Source: Bacteroidales bacterium UBA6207 (lineage in GTDB: Bacteria; Bacteroidota; Bacteroidia; Bacteroidales; F082). From it: DNA of 24,000 nucleotides. Position 1 is the stretch's first letter, and each line of letters opens with the position of its first letter. The notes below the pieces were generated by a model. That model searched no databases. It was not told where the DNA came from and worked only from the letters and a program-made list of their open reading frames with translations. Where the stretch lies: the NCBI GenBank assembly GCA_002421995.1, contig DISP01000002.1, positions 6,417 to 30,416 of the forward strand, given 5' to 3'. Position numbers and translations under genes: made by a program. This document shows, piece after piece, positions 8,901 through 17,497 of the stretch.

Positions 8901-9220
8901 GATTGACGAACCACAAGCTGCCAGATTTGTTCCTGGTTTTTTGAATCCACAAAAATGATCAGATGTTCCTGAAACAACTTTGTGACTTTGTTTTCAATTT
9001 TCTTTCGGATACTGTAATCCGGAATTGTTCCGGAAATTGTGGGCTGGCAGGTGAAAATCTTGAAACCACTCTTTTCAGCTACTGCTTGCAAGGTGTAGGT
9101 TATTTCATCCACCACAATGGGCTGCCTTGTGCGGTCGTTGTTCCATCCCATTTCGTTGAACAGCTCTCTAAAGCTGAACATACGGATGTGATTGAAAAAT
9201 TCTTTCTTTTTTAATGCCAT
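5903..9220 (-). CDS. Large gamma-class N6-adenine DNA methyltransferase (Eco57I/TaqI-like) with a long N-terminal domain and a ~340-aa C-terminal target-recognition region
   Basis: 1105-aa ORF. SAM motif I IIDPTCGSGAFLFAALN (DPTCGSG encoded at 7679-7699). Catalytic motif IV VVIGNPPYVV (NPPY encoded at 6941-6952). The region C-terminal to NPPY is non-conserved-looking and AT-rich. Confidence 0.9.
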   Translation of the reverse strand: MALKKKEFFNHIRMFSFRELFNEMGWNNDRTRQPIVVDEITYTLQAVAEKSGFKIFTCQPTISGTIPDYSIRKKIENKVTKLFQEHLIIFVDSKNQEQIWQLVVRQSGKPAKVTETRYHVSQDPELLFQRASGVFFEMAEEDKITIVDVKKRMNENFHANADRITKAFYDRFKREHTAFLTFIKGIQDRVNQEWYASLMLNRLMFCYFIQKKGFLDNNRNYLRDKLIASQEKKGKDQFYSFYRDFLLVLFHKGLNQASQTAAVKIEIGKIPYLNGGLFDEHELEKMYQSIDIEDKAFERVFDFFDQYEWHLDTRASATGREINPDVIGYIFEKYINYRADMGAYYTKEDITDYISKNCILPYLFEETGRQYPQAMTSESGIWHNLKQSGDQYIYEAVKKGVTLPLPEEIEAGLDTNSPGLLERRKEWNRPALETHALPTEIWREVVDRRGRYADVSAKIEGGDIKTINDFITYNLDIRQFAQDVIENTEDPEFLKHFYKALNHVTIIDPTCGSGAFLFAALNILEPLYEGCIMRMRAFVEDEDRHNEANKQALRNKHKYFRSVLEEIQSEHHPNLKYYIYKSIILRNLYGVDIMKEAVEIAKLRLFLKLVATVEVDYRKPNMGLEPLPDIDFNIRAGNTLVGFATEAELSRSLIEDMEGSIVKDAIEEKCDIVAHAFTRYKDIQLGYSNDYHDFKQAKEELNTRLKALNNELNQLLHKQTADNNYDTWLQSHQPFHWFAEFYEIIHDKGGFDVVIGNPPYVVYSASSFDYKLKEFSTLECKDLYAYVIERSTRIVNKNGSIGMIVPISIVSTDGFSSLRDLLNSQMNNLWYSSYSMRPAKLFEGVDKHLSIFLSNRGSGKALYSTKYYRWNSEYREYLFGFLKYTTIDNSLFHNDSIPKVSTKHETNIIKKLKSNKSISNYIISSSNHKVFHTRKLRYFLQFLETAPKIYETDGSLRITSELKVICFKNDDERLISNSTYLSSLFFWYYIGYSDCRNLNKREVSTFPFALSEVRIHLKNKLIELSERLLIDLQENSYFQEAYYKKYGLLKLQVFQPRISKQIIDKIDTVLAEHYGFTEEELDFIINYDIKYRMGKELENGEEEEN

Positions 9221-9224
9221 AGTA

Positions 9225-12200
9225 TTATGTGTTTTTCAGGCCTAAGGAGCATATAATTTGAGGTTCTTTCCCCGGCATTTCATCCAGATTAACAATACAA
9301 AGTTTGTCTTCTTCCCGCAGCGAAACAACAAGATTGGCCAGATCATCATCAGATATCCCTGACTTTAACTGGCGGTTCAGTGTTTCTCTCGCAAACTCTT
9401 TAAAAGGATATTTAAAAATGTCGTCAATCGCTTTCTTTAATCCCTCATTCACAAACAGGGTGTTTTCGTATTCCTTGCAATACCTGTCAAGACGCATGTA
9501 CACACGGTACTTCACGCCGGTTTTCTTACCAAGCGATCCTCCTGTGTTTTTTTCATCATCCCGGATAAATTTGATCCCGGTTTTCACAAGTTCGTGGTGC
9601 TGATCAAGCTTATGACTTGGTTCTGCGTATGCATTACAGGCAGCAGCTTTAAGAATGGTAAGCTGTGATTGTGTGATGATACTTCCTTTGGTGTTGACCC
9701 ACGCCAGCACATCATTTTCATCATAGGTTCGGGTGTAAACAATCACACCTTCTTTGTCCTGATCAAGCTCATTGTTTTTGGTGGCATACACCACATTGGG
9801 CAAATTGGGGATGGTACGCTTCAGTTCCGGGTTGGCATCTGTGGCATTTTTCCAAATTTGATAGGCAAACGAAGCCAGATCCACTTCACTGTCGCCCTCA
9901 TCATCATCCAGCATTCCTGACTTTTCGTTGTATAGATCCTCGATATTGATAGGGTCACCGTCAAAGAATACCTCATCTGAACCCACCACCTCGGAATTTT
10001 GTCTGATGCGGTGTGTTAGCCTCCGACGAAGGTTAATGATTTGTTCGATACCATCTTCCGGCAAAAATGAATAGCAAAGTATTTCATCTGCTTTCTGCCC
10101 AATGCGATCCACACGGCCAGCACGCTGTATCAAACGGATGATAGCCCATGGCAGGTCATAATTGAGGATGATGTGGGCGTCCTGCAGGTTTTGTCCTTCA
10201 CTAAGCACGTCTGTTGTAATTAGCACCCTGATTTCGTTTCCGGTGACAGGGAATTTATTGCTCTGTGGGCTGAACCGCTGAGCCAGCAATGTAGGATTCT
10301 CACTATCCCCGGTCACAAACTCAAGCTTTTGAACATGTCTTTTTTTCAAATATGAGGCAATATATTTAGCCGTGTCAGCAAACTGGGTAAAAATCAACAC
10401 CTTTTCTGTTTGGTGCTTCCCAACAAGCAAGCGGTGAAGTGCATTGAGTTTTCGATCTTCATCTACATTCCATTGTTGGCATAATTTGAGTATCTCCAGG
10501 ATTGATTTGCTGTCACCGACAAGTTGTTTAACCAATGCAGGCACAAATAGCTCACTGCGAATCCAATCAAACTGATCTTTGTATTTCTGTCCGGCATATA
10601 AGTTATAAACCAAGGCAGCGTTTTTCAAATAAACCTGTTCATCCAGGGTGAACTGAATAAGGTTTTCATTTTCACCATCATTGTCAGTGTCATCATCTTC
10701 AAGAAATCCATCAAGATTTTGCGAGATATTTTTACCAATGGGTACCGGAAGACGATTTTGAATGGCATATAAATAAACATAGTTGCGCAAAATATGCCTG
10801 CTCAACGAGATGAGGAAAGCAAACCCACTACTTTCGAGTCGTTTAAACAGATTGGTCCGGCAAAATCCCATGAGGCGCTTACCGGCCCGCGACAGGTTCT
10901 GTATCACCACTTCTTCTTCCTTGCTTGGCTTGACGCCTGACTTTAGATTGATATAATTTCCAAGGCCATAGCGCGGCAAATCCAGCCCATTCACTGAATC
11001 AACAACCTCCTGTGAATACAACTGTGCATATTGATCGGACGGGTTGTTTGCATCAAAATCGAATTCAATTTTTTTGGCAATTCTGTCGGGGAAATACGAT
11101 CGGGTTCCATCAGAAAATGTCAGGTATTTTCGTTGTTTTTCAGGATCATTCACTGCATAGTTTTCTTTGATAAAGCTTCTGGTTCTTCTCACCAGATACA
11201 ACCGCATCAATTCCCGCCAGTCATCTGCAAAATGACTTTTTTCGAAAGCTTTAATACTCCTGATAAATGTTTCGGTATGCAAGGCAGAAAACTGAACCTG
11301 TCCGCCGATCATCCCTATGTAATTCTCAGGACTAATTCCCAAATCCTTGTCATCGGCAATGAACAACCTGAGCTGGTTCGACAAATCCGTATAGGACTTA
11401 TTATAAGGAGTGGCCGAAAGCAAAATAACCTTGCTGTCGTTCTCTTCAAGGTACGCTTTGATGGCACGATACCTGCTTCCCTGATCATTTCGCAGGTTAT
11501 GACTTTCGTCGATGATAACCAGCTTAAATCGCTTCAGATCAGGAAGTTTTCGCTGCACTTCCCCGATCGAGATCACATTCGCCTTGAGATCATACCTGTT
11601 AATATAGGCAGTCCACATCGTCTTTAAATTGGGTGGACAAATGATCAGGCTTGAAAAGAAAAAATCCTCTTCAAATATTTTTGCCAGGGCACATGCTGTA
11701 ATTGTCTTTCCCAAACCAACGACATCTCCAATAAAAACCCCTTCTCTGCTGTTTAATTTTTTAGCAGCAATCAACACTGCTGCCTGCTGAAATGACAGTA
11801 ATTCTTTTCTGAATACAGCGGGAATTTTAAATTCCGAAAGCCCGGCACGTGCTTCCTGCGACAAATGATAAGCCATCTTCAAATAAATGTGATAAGGCGA
11901 TACCAATCTGTCTGCTGCCCAGCTATTATCTATGATTTCAATGAGTTCCTCTGTAATATCAAAGCACCAGCGGTCATTCCAGCGATCATCAAACCAACCT
12001 GACAATTTCAATGCAGCGTCCTGATCCAGCACATCAATGTTCAACTCTCCCTGTAAAGCCAAGCCCGCAAGTGTAAGGTTGCTGCTACCCAGAAATCCAA
12101 CCACAGGTACCCGTTTGTCATTACTATAGGCCAGATAAAGTTTGGCATGCAAAGGATATCTCAAATGTAGTTTAACAACTACTTTCCCTTCTTTCATTTG

Positions 12201-12584
12201 CGCACTGAGCTTCCTAAGCGCTTTCTCATCTGCATCAGAAGGTGTTCCAATTGTCAGCTGGTCACGAAATTCCTGTGCCAGACGTTTTTTAAGTTTAGAA
12301 GCCTCATTTTGATCGAGGATGATATCATCGTCTGATCGAAAATACTCGCGTAACAACTCCACAGGGAGTTTTTGCATACCCACCAAAAGCCTGCATGTGC
12401 GGTGAAGCATATCATCATTTTCCATTACCATCTCACCAGGCAGCAAGTCAATTTTTGCATCAATCTCTTTCCATCCACGCAAATTAAAATACCCCACACA
12501 AAAGTCAGTGCGCTGCGACACCTCCAATGTTTCATTCAGAGCCTGTGTGAGATGGTTCTCAATGTTGTCGTATATTCTTGGCAT
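9225..12584 (-). CDS. PLD-family (single HKD) nuclease domain fused to an SNF2/DEAD-like helicase
   Basis: 1119-aa ORF. N-terminal HAKLYLAYSNDKRVPVVGFLGSSNLT is the HxK...GSxN PLD motif. Helicase motif I GDVVGLGKTITA, motif II VIIDESHNLRN, motif III LLSATP. C-terminal lobe LITTDVLSEGQNLQDA and QRAGRVDRIGQ. The stop is 4 nt before the methyltransferase start. Confidence 0.9.
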   Translation of the reverse strand: MPRIYDNIENHLTQALNETLEVSQRTDFCVGYFNLRGWKEIDAKIDLLPGEMVMENDDMLHRTCRLLVGMQKLPVELLREYFRSDDDIILDQNEASKLKKRLAQEFRDQLTIGTPSDADEKALRKLSAQMKEGKVVVKLHLRYPLHAKLYLAYSNDKRVPVVGFLGSSNLTLAGLALQGELNIDVLDQDAALKLSGWFDDRWNDRWCFDITEELIEIIDNSWAADRLVSPYHIYLKMAYHLSQEARAGLSEFKIPAVFRKELLSFQQAAVLIAAKKLNSREGVFIGDVVGLGKTITACALAKIFEEDFFFSSLIICPPNLKTMWTAYINRYDLKANVISIGEVQRKLPDLKRFKLVIIDESHNLRNDQGSRYRAIKAYLEENDSKVILLSATPYNKSYTDLSNQLRLFIADDKDLGISPENYIGMIGGQVQFSALHTETFIRSIKAFEKSHFADDWRELMRLYLVRRTRSFIKENYAVNDPEKQRKYLTFSDGTRSYFPDRIAKKIEFDFDANNPSDQYAQLYSQEVVDSVNGLDLPRYGLGNYINLKSGVKPSKEEEVVIQNLSRAGKRLMGFCRTNLFKRLESSGFAFLISLSRHILRNYVYLYAIQNRLPVPIGKNISQNLDGFLEDDDTDNDGENENLIQFTLDEQVYLKNAALVYNLYAGQKYKDQFDWIRSELFVPALVKQLVGDSKSILEILKLCQQWNVDEDRKLNALHRLLVGKHQTEKVLIFTQFADTAKYIASYLKKRHVQKLEFVTGDSENPTLLAQRFSPQSNKFPVTGNEIRVLITTDVLSEGQNLQDAHIILNYDLPWAIIRLIQRAGRVDRIGQKADEILCYSFLPEDGIEQIINLRRRLTHRIRQNSEVVGSDEVFFDGDPINIEDLYNEKSGMLDDDEGDSEVDLASFAYQIWKNATDANPELKRTIPNLPNVVYATKNNELDQDKEGVIVYTRTYDENDVLAWVNTKGSIITQSQLTILKAAACNAYAEPSHKLDQHHELVKTGIKFIRDDEKNTGGSLGKKTGVKYRVYMRLDRYCKEYENTLFVNEGLKKAIDDIFKYPFKEFARETLNRQLKSGISDDDLANLVVSLREEDKLCIVNLDEMPGKEPQIICSLGLKNT

Positions 12585-12600
12585 AATTGTGTATAATCGT

Positions 12601-12608
12601 CAAATGTA
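12601..12608 (-). promoter_or_regulatory. Possible Bacteroidota -7 promoter box (TAcaTTTG) upstream of the helicase gene
   Basis: The minus strand reads TACATTTG (plus caaatgta at 12601-12608), matching the TAnnTTTG consensus. It lies 16 nt upstream of the helicase ATG (12584). No clear -33 TTTG was seen. Confidence 0.3.
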
Positions 12609-12676
12609 GGAAAAATGTCAGTTTAACTTCTGATGGATAATGAAGTCAATCTCCTTCTCATAGGCAGCACCTCAAT

Positions 12677-14227
12677 TTATTCTCCATTACCTTTCAGCTC
12701 CTCAAACTTCGCTTTCATGGTTGGGTTTCCGTGGGTTAGCTTTTTAATTGTCAAATCCTCTGTCTTATCATTTGCAAGCCTTAGATTGTTTTCAGAAGAC
12801 TGCAAAGCCTCCTTGGTTTTCTGCAGATGAACAATTGTTTTATCAATTTCATCAATAGCCTCCTTAAATTTCCTGCTCGCCAGAAAATAATTTCGTGAAA
12901 AGCCTTCTTTGAAATTGTTTATTTTCTCTTCGAAATGGGTGATGTCAAGATTTTGGCTTCTCACCAGATTGAGTTCTGCTTTGTACTTCAACGAATTCAT
13001 GGCTGCATTGCGCAACAGGGTGATAATGGGAATAAAAAATTGAGGCCGAACCACATACATTTTTTCAAACTTATGCGAAACGTCCACAATGCCGGAGTTA
13101 TACAGCTCGCTTTCAGCTTCTAACAGCGTGACAAGCACGGCATATTCGCACTTCTTTTCGGCGCGGTCCTTGTCCAGCTCCCGAAAGAAGTCTTCGTTCC
13201 TTTTCTTGGTCGCCGTTTCATCGCCTTCATTCTTCATCTCAAATATGATCGAGATGATTTCATTTCCGGCATCATCAGATTCACGGTAGATAAAATCGCC
13301 CTTGCTTCCCGTGCGGGCATCGTTGTCCTTCTCAAAATAAGCTTTCTGAAAAGCCGTGGCGCGCAGTTTGTTAAATTCATTTTCGCAGTGCTGTTCCAGT
13401 GTTTCGCCAATCATCTTTGTCGAGAGTTTGAGCTTCATATCCTTGCGCAAAGCAATTTCTTCATCTTTCATTCTGATGATGTCTTCTTTCGTCTTAAGCT
13501 CGGCATTGAACTTCTCAATCAGCGACTTTTCATACAACTGCTTTTCTATTTCTTTATTCTTCAGGTCAATAGCCAACTCATCGCGTTCTTTTTCAATTTT
13601 TTGAACTGCCTCCGTCACACTGAGTTTTTTCTCTAATTCGGTCTGTTCCAGTTTGGCTTTCATCTCAGCCAACTCCGCCTCCTTTTGGCTGAGTTGCCTG
13701 GTAAGCTCTCGTTCATTTCCGGCCTTCAACTCGGCAATAAAGCTGTCTTTTTTTGCCAGCTCTTCCTGCAAAGTGTTTTTAAGGTTTGCCTCCAGCAACC
13801 TGACCGTATTTTCTTTTTCAAGTTCTTTCTGCCTGATTTGATTGGCCAGGGCATCTTTCTCTTTCTCCAATTGCTTGACCGCCTCGTTCACTGTCAGTTT
13901 CTTCTCGTTTTCGGCATTGTCAATTTTGGCCTTCATTTCGGCTATCAGTTGCTCTTTCTGTGACAACTGATCCGCAAGTTCACGTTCGTTTTTGGCTTTC
14001 AGCGCAAGAATTTCCTTATCCCTGACTGCCAGCTCTTCCTGCATCGTGTTTTTAAGCTGCGCCTCAGCAAGCCTGACAGCGTTTTCTTTTTCATTTTCTG
14101 CCAGTATCAGGCGTTTTTGCAGTTCGTCATCAAACTGCTGGTCTCTAACTTGCTTCAGAATGCTGGCAAACCCGGCTTCATCCACTTTAAAAGCTGTTTT
14201 GCAATTCGGACAGATAATATCGTTCAT
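12677..14227 (-). CDS. DUF2130-type protein: N-terminal Zn-ribbon, long coiled coil, C-terminal PD-(D/E)xK-like nuclease fold
   Basis: 516-aa [35 protein letters not shown] is the typical DUF2130 N-terminus. The coiled coil is K/E/L-rich. The C-terminal [27 protein letters not shown] gives a D...ExK arrangement. Confidence 0.8.
   Translation of the reverse strand: MNDIICPNCKTAFKVDEAGFASILKQVRDQQFDDELQKRLILAENEKENAVRLAEAQLKNTMQEELAVRDKEILALKAKNERELADQLSQKEQLIAEMKAKIDNAENEKKLTVNEAVKQLEKEKDALANQIRQKELEKENTVRLLEANLKNTLQEELAKKDSFIAELKAGNERELTRQLSQKEAELAEMKAKLEQTELEKKLSVTEAVQKIEKERDELAIDLKNKEIEKQLYEKSLIEKFNAELKTKEDIIRMKDEEIALRKDMKLKLSTKMIGETLEQHCENEFNKLRATAFQKAYFEKDNDARTGSKGDFIYRESDDAGNEIISIIFEMKNEGDETATKKRNEDFFRELDKDRAEKKCEYAVLVTLLEAESELYNSGIVDVSHKFEKMYVVRPQFFIPIITLLRNAAMNSLKYKAELNLVRSQNLDITHFEEKINNFKEGFSRNYFLASRKFKEAIDEIDKTIVHLQKTKEALQSSENNLRLANDKTEDLTIKKLTHGNPTMKAKFEELKGNGE
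13541..14089 (-). repeat. Intragenic tandem duplication, 2 x 273 nt (2 x 91 aa), within the DUF2130 coiled coil
   Basis: Protein aa 47-138 ([21 protein letters not shown]...) and aa 138-229 ([21 protein letters not shown]...) align along their whole length. At DNA level, attttctttttca at 13808-13820 recurs as gttttctttttca at 14081-14093, offset 273. Confidence 0.75.
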
Positions 14228-14254
14228 GGGGTTATGGTTTTTTTATTGATGGTG

Positions 14255-14395
14255 GTTAGTAATGTTTTGGCGCTTGGCATAGTGGCGGATTTCGGAGTAC
14301 AAAACTGTCAATACACCACAAATGTTGATTTGAAAAACTGCACTTCAATTTACCACTGAACCCGCCATTACGCAAACCCGCAGTTGGCTGCTGAT
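14255..14395. repeat. Copy A of a ~140-nt hairpin-forming intergenic element (unclassified, MITE/REP-like)
   Basis: The core at 14314-14356 matches 19696-19738 at 33 of 43 positions, ungapped. The right arm cgccattacgcaaacccgcagttggctgctg matches copy B at about 21/31. The inner stem gcatagtggcgg (14277-14288) pairs with ccgccattacgc (14362-14373). Confidence 0.55.
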
Positions 14396-14544
14396 GTTCT
14401 CTCTTTCGTGTCTGTAAACCATTGTCCCTGTTGAGTTTTACTGTCTTTTTATTTGTCGAGTTGGTCTGTGCGATTGCGTATTTTTTATTTTCAGAAAGGG
14501 AGGATATTTTTTTAAATTCAATTTTTCTTGGGTCGGAAAGGTGG

Positions 14545-14601
14545 AAGCACATTTGCAAGCTTTGCACTGTGCTTGGGCTTGTGAGGCTTGCAAATGTGCT
14601 T
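14545..14601 (-). terminator. Perfect 16-bp inverted repeat (25-nt loop), 20 nt downstream of the qatD stop; candidate terminator or protein-binding palindrome
   Basis: aagcacatttgcaagc (14545-14560) is the exact reverse complement of gcttgcaaatgtgctt (14586-14601). No U-tract follows on the minus strand, so it is not a canonical intrinsic terminator. Confidence 0.4.
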
Positions 14602-14620
14602 ACACCTGTCCGTTGCTCTT

Positions 14621-15352
14621 TCATTTCAATCTACCTATTAAATTAAAGAAGTTGTTTTTAATTTGTCTCTCAACATCAACATAACTTAACTGTCTAGTTT
14701 CTGAAATATAACTCAAAACCTCCTTAATGTCCCAAGGGTTTATTGGCCTTTGATTTATTTGAATAAATGGGCCATCGCTCTCAGTTAATAATCTGTCTAA
14801 TGGAATTTTAGAAATAATATCCGTTCCATTCTTTGATTTTATCATTTTAGGATTTATTGAAAAGAAATAACCCGCCTCAATGATTGAATCAATTAGTTTT
14901 AATGAACCAGAGTACCAATGAAAAATAGCATTCTTTACTCTATATCTCTTTAGCAGTTCTAAAATCTCCTTTTCGGCTTTTCTTGAGTGAATACTTAATA
15001 TTTTTTTCTTGTTCGAAACGGTTTGCAAAATCAATTCAAATGATTCAATTTGAATTGACTTAGTATTTATTCCATCTGATGAAAAGTCTAAACCTACTTC
15101 ACCAATGTAAGATGTTTTGTCAATGTTTTTCAGGAATAAGTTAAATTCAGATTTATGGTTTTGTGCAAATAATGGATGCAAACCCAAAGCGATTCTACAG
15201 TTAGCGGTTTTTTGAAAGAATGGATATCCTTGTTCAAAATGACTTGGAAGGTTTGTCATTGAAATAACACTAATCCCTTGCAATTCACATTCCCTGAGAA
15301 TCTTTTCGGGGTTTTTATATAAGTCAATATGGCAATGAGTATCTATTAACAT
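14621..15352 (-). CDS. qatD: TatD-family metal-dependent hydrolase/DNase, QatD of the QatABCD system
   Basis: 243-aa ORF starting MLIDTHCHIDLY (the TatD HxH motif). Its start overlaps the qatC stop by 1 nt (TAATG). It is the fourth gene in the canonical Qat order. Confidence 0.8.
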   Translation of the reverse strand: MLIDTHCHIDLYKNPEKILRECELQGISVISMTNLPSHFEQGYPFFQKTANCRIALGLHPLFAQNHKSEFNLFLKNIDKTSYIGEVGLDFSSDGINTKSIQIESFELILQTVSNKKKILSIHSRKAEKEILELLKRYRVKNAIFHWYSGSLKLIDSIIEAGYFFSINPKMIKSKNGTDIISKIPLDRLLTESDGPFIQINQRPINPWDIKEVLSYISETRQLSYVDVERQIKNNFFNLIGRLK

Positions 15353-16689
15353 TAAACATTTGCTTTATTTTTAACATAGCTGTTACCTACTTTCCTAACC
15401 CAATTTTTTAACTCGTCTCTGGTTCTTGAAACCACCCCAACATATTTATGTAATTTGGTTAAATTTTTAACTCCATTAACTATTAGTTCCTGCTTTATCT
15501 CTTGGTCATTTAAGTTTTTGCTTAAGTATTCCAGCATTGAATTAATGTCTTGAGCCATTTTTCTTTTTTCTTTAATTGGAAAAAGGTCATTGATTGAATT
15601 TCCATATGTTGATTTATCAACTACATTTTTTAAGGCTGCTTGTCGATAAACACAAGGCATACAAACACCACAGTGGTCAGCATCTTTAATTTGCCAATGT
15701 GCCCTATGTCCTCTTTTGCCGCAAGAATTAGAATCTTTGATTATTGACAGTAAGTTATTTTTATCAATACATTCTGAAACCATTTCCCCTTTTGTTTTAA
15801 ACTCATAAGGATTTTCAATTTCTGTGTTAATTGATAGTTTTTTCCAGATACTGGATACTGTTTCAATCACAAACGGATGTGTAGTTCTGGTGCTACAAGA
15901 ACTTCTTCTAGATGAACTTAAAGGATAGTTAAGTGATACTGTGCCATTTTCAGGAATAATTATTTTACTTGTTTTTGTTGCTTGTGCTGCAACTAAAGCC
16001 AAACCAATAAAAAGGATTGAGCGACTTCTGAATGTTGTCTCCCTTGCTAAGTCTGACTCTTTTAGAAAAACTTCAACCGATGGAATAAGTTCAAATTGCA
16101 AAGGGTACAGCGTTTGTAACTTAGGTAATAGCTTATTTTGGTCTCCCTTAGGTCCGTGCATTTGACTATCATATTGTGAAGCAAACAGTACCTTTTTAGT
16201 TGGATTTAGTTTTAAGAAGTCAATCGCACCAATCAATGAATCTAGACCACCAGAGAACAAATTTACTTGCTCAAATACGCCTGTATAATTACTATTTAAT
16301 GTTGCAGAAGGCAAAGTTGATTTTTCTTGCCTAAAGGAAATAGACCAATAATCACCAGTTAAAAATGAAAGTAGTTTTTCAAGGTCTTCTTTACAACTAT
16401 TCCATGAAGTGAGGTTGTGAACAGGGAAGTTTACGCTTATTTCTCTTGACCATCCATCAACTGAATTACTTTTTCTTTCTATGAATCTATCTATGCCATA
16501 AACAGAGGAACTAATTATAAAAAAGTCATAAACCTCTTTGCTGACACTATTCATAAATGGTAATAATTCATCTAAATCAATACTAAGCAATGAACTTTTG
16601 CCTTTATCGTCTTTTATATTGATTTCCCCAACCCAAATATTTTTTGGGTCTTTTTTCGTTTGGATTGTACTAATATTAATCTTTTTCAT
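15352..16689 (-). CDS. qatC: QueC-like PP-loop ATPase, QatC
   Basis: 445-aa ORF. PP-loop motif NLFSGGLDSLIG (SGGxDS). C-terminal cysteine cluster HCGVCMPCVYR, as in the QueC Zn site. Overlaps qatB by 14 nt. Confidence 0.8.
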   Translation of the reverse strand: MKKINISTIQTKKDPKNIWVGEINIKDDKGKSSLLSIDLDELLPFMNSVSKEVYDFFIISSSVYGIDRFIERKSNSVDGWSREISVNFPVHNLTSWNSCKEDLEKLLSFLTGDYWSISFRQEKSTLPSATLNSNYTGVFEQVNLFSGGLDSLIGAIDFLKLNPTKKVLFASQYDSQMHGPKGDQNKLLPKLQTLYPLQFELIPSVEVFLKESDLARETTFRSRSILFIGLALVAAQATKTSKIIIPENGTVSLNYPLSSSRRSSCSTRTTHPFVIETVSSIWKKLSINTEIENPYEFKTKGEMVSECIDKNNLLSIIKDSNSCGKRGHRAHWQIKDADHCGVCMPCVYRQAALKNVVDKSTYGNSINDLFPIKEKRKMAQDINSMLEYLSKNLNDQEIKQELIVNGVKNLTKLHKYVGVVSRTRDELKNWVRKVGNSYVKNKANV

Positions 16690-17497
16690 CGCAAATAATT
16701 TTTATGACTGAATCAAAAATTTTCTCAATTTCATTTTTACCCGATTCTCCTTTCCAATCAATTTTCGACACAGGTCTTTGAGTGTTCAGTACTTTAACTT
16801 GACCGAGAATATCTTCCTTTATAATTCTAAAAGTTTCTTTAGAATTTTCAGCTCCTTTTTGTTGTTCAATTTTCTCTTGAAATCTTTGTGATAGATGCTC
16901 GAAAATATATAGCCCCCAAAATCTGCATAACATATCACCTAGTCCCATATCATCAACCATTTGCTTTACTAAATCTTCGAATTTTTGAAGGTCATTATTA
17001 GCAGAAATAGCAAGTTCATTCATAACTTCACAAGATGCTTTGTTCGCTGCCGTCTCATCCATTCCCTCATTTGATTCACTGCAATACACTAAAAGAAAAT
17101 CTATAACTTCTTGAAAGGTTTTACCAGCTAACTTGCCAAAACCTATTTCAACTAATGTTTTTTCTAATCCTTGACTTCCAACACTACTAAAGAATCCAAC
17201 TATTCTACCAGCTGATTTTCTTCCTGCCTTCCCAATCGATTTAGATTTTCCACTAACAATTTTAGACCTGCCGCCACCTGTTCTAACAAGATTGGTAAAA
17301 GCAGACTTTAGGTGTGATGCCCTCCTAATTTCAATCTTTTTATAAATTTTTACTGCATCATCTTGAGAAATGGTTTGATTCTTTTCTAACTCTTTTTCTT
17401 TTTCAACCGTTTTTGAAATATGAGTTATAGTTTTACTTAAATCACCCCATTGTGGTTGATTTGGTACACCTGGTGTCATTCTTTGAGTAGTTCCCAT
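16676..17497 (-). CDS. qatB: QatB-position protein (no recognisable domain)
   Basis: 273-aa ORF between the KAP NTPase and the QueC-like gene, with a 1-nt TAATG overlap with qatA. Assigned by position and size only. Confidence 0.6.
   Translation of the reverse strand: MGTTQRMTPGVPNQPQWGDLSKTITHISKTVEKEKELEKNQTISQDDAVKIYKKIEIRRASHLKSAFTNLVRTGGGRSKIVSGKSKSIGKAGRKSAGRIVGFFSSVGSQGLEKTLVEIGFGKLAGKTFQEVIDFLLVYCSESNEGMDETAANKASCEVMNELAISANNDLQKFEDLVKQMVDDMGLGDMLCRFWGLYIFEHLSQRFQEKIEQQKGAENSKETFRIIKEDILGQVKVLNTQRPVSKIDWKGESGKNEIEKIFDSVIKIICDEKD

Noticed and set aside
5903-12584. Calling the helicase+MTase pair DISARM, BREX or Type I/III RM outright
   Set aside because: DrmA/DrmB(DUF1998)/DrmC, PglZ/BrxC/BrxL, HsdS/HsdR and Res are all absent from the window. 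The resemblance is limited to an SNF2 helicase next to a large N6A MTase. I also recall that a methylation-associated system (MADS) contains similar parts, but I cannot verify the gene-by-gene correspondence from memory.
14256-14624. 122-aa minus-strand ORF between qatD and the DUF2130 gene
   Set aside because: It spans hairpin element copy A and the perfect 16-bp palindrome. Its composition is odd, and overlapping ORFs are open in other frames. It is best explained as noncoding structured DNA.
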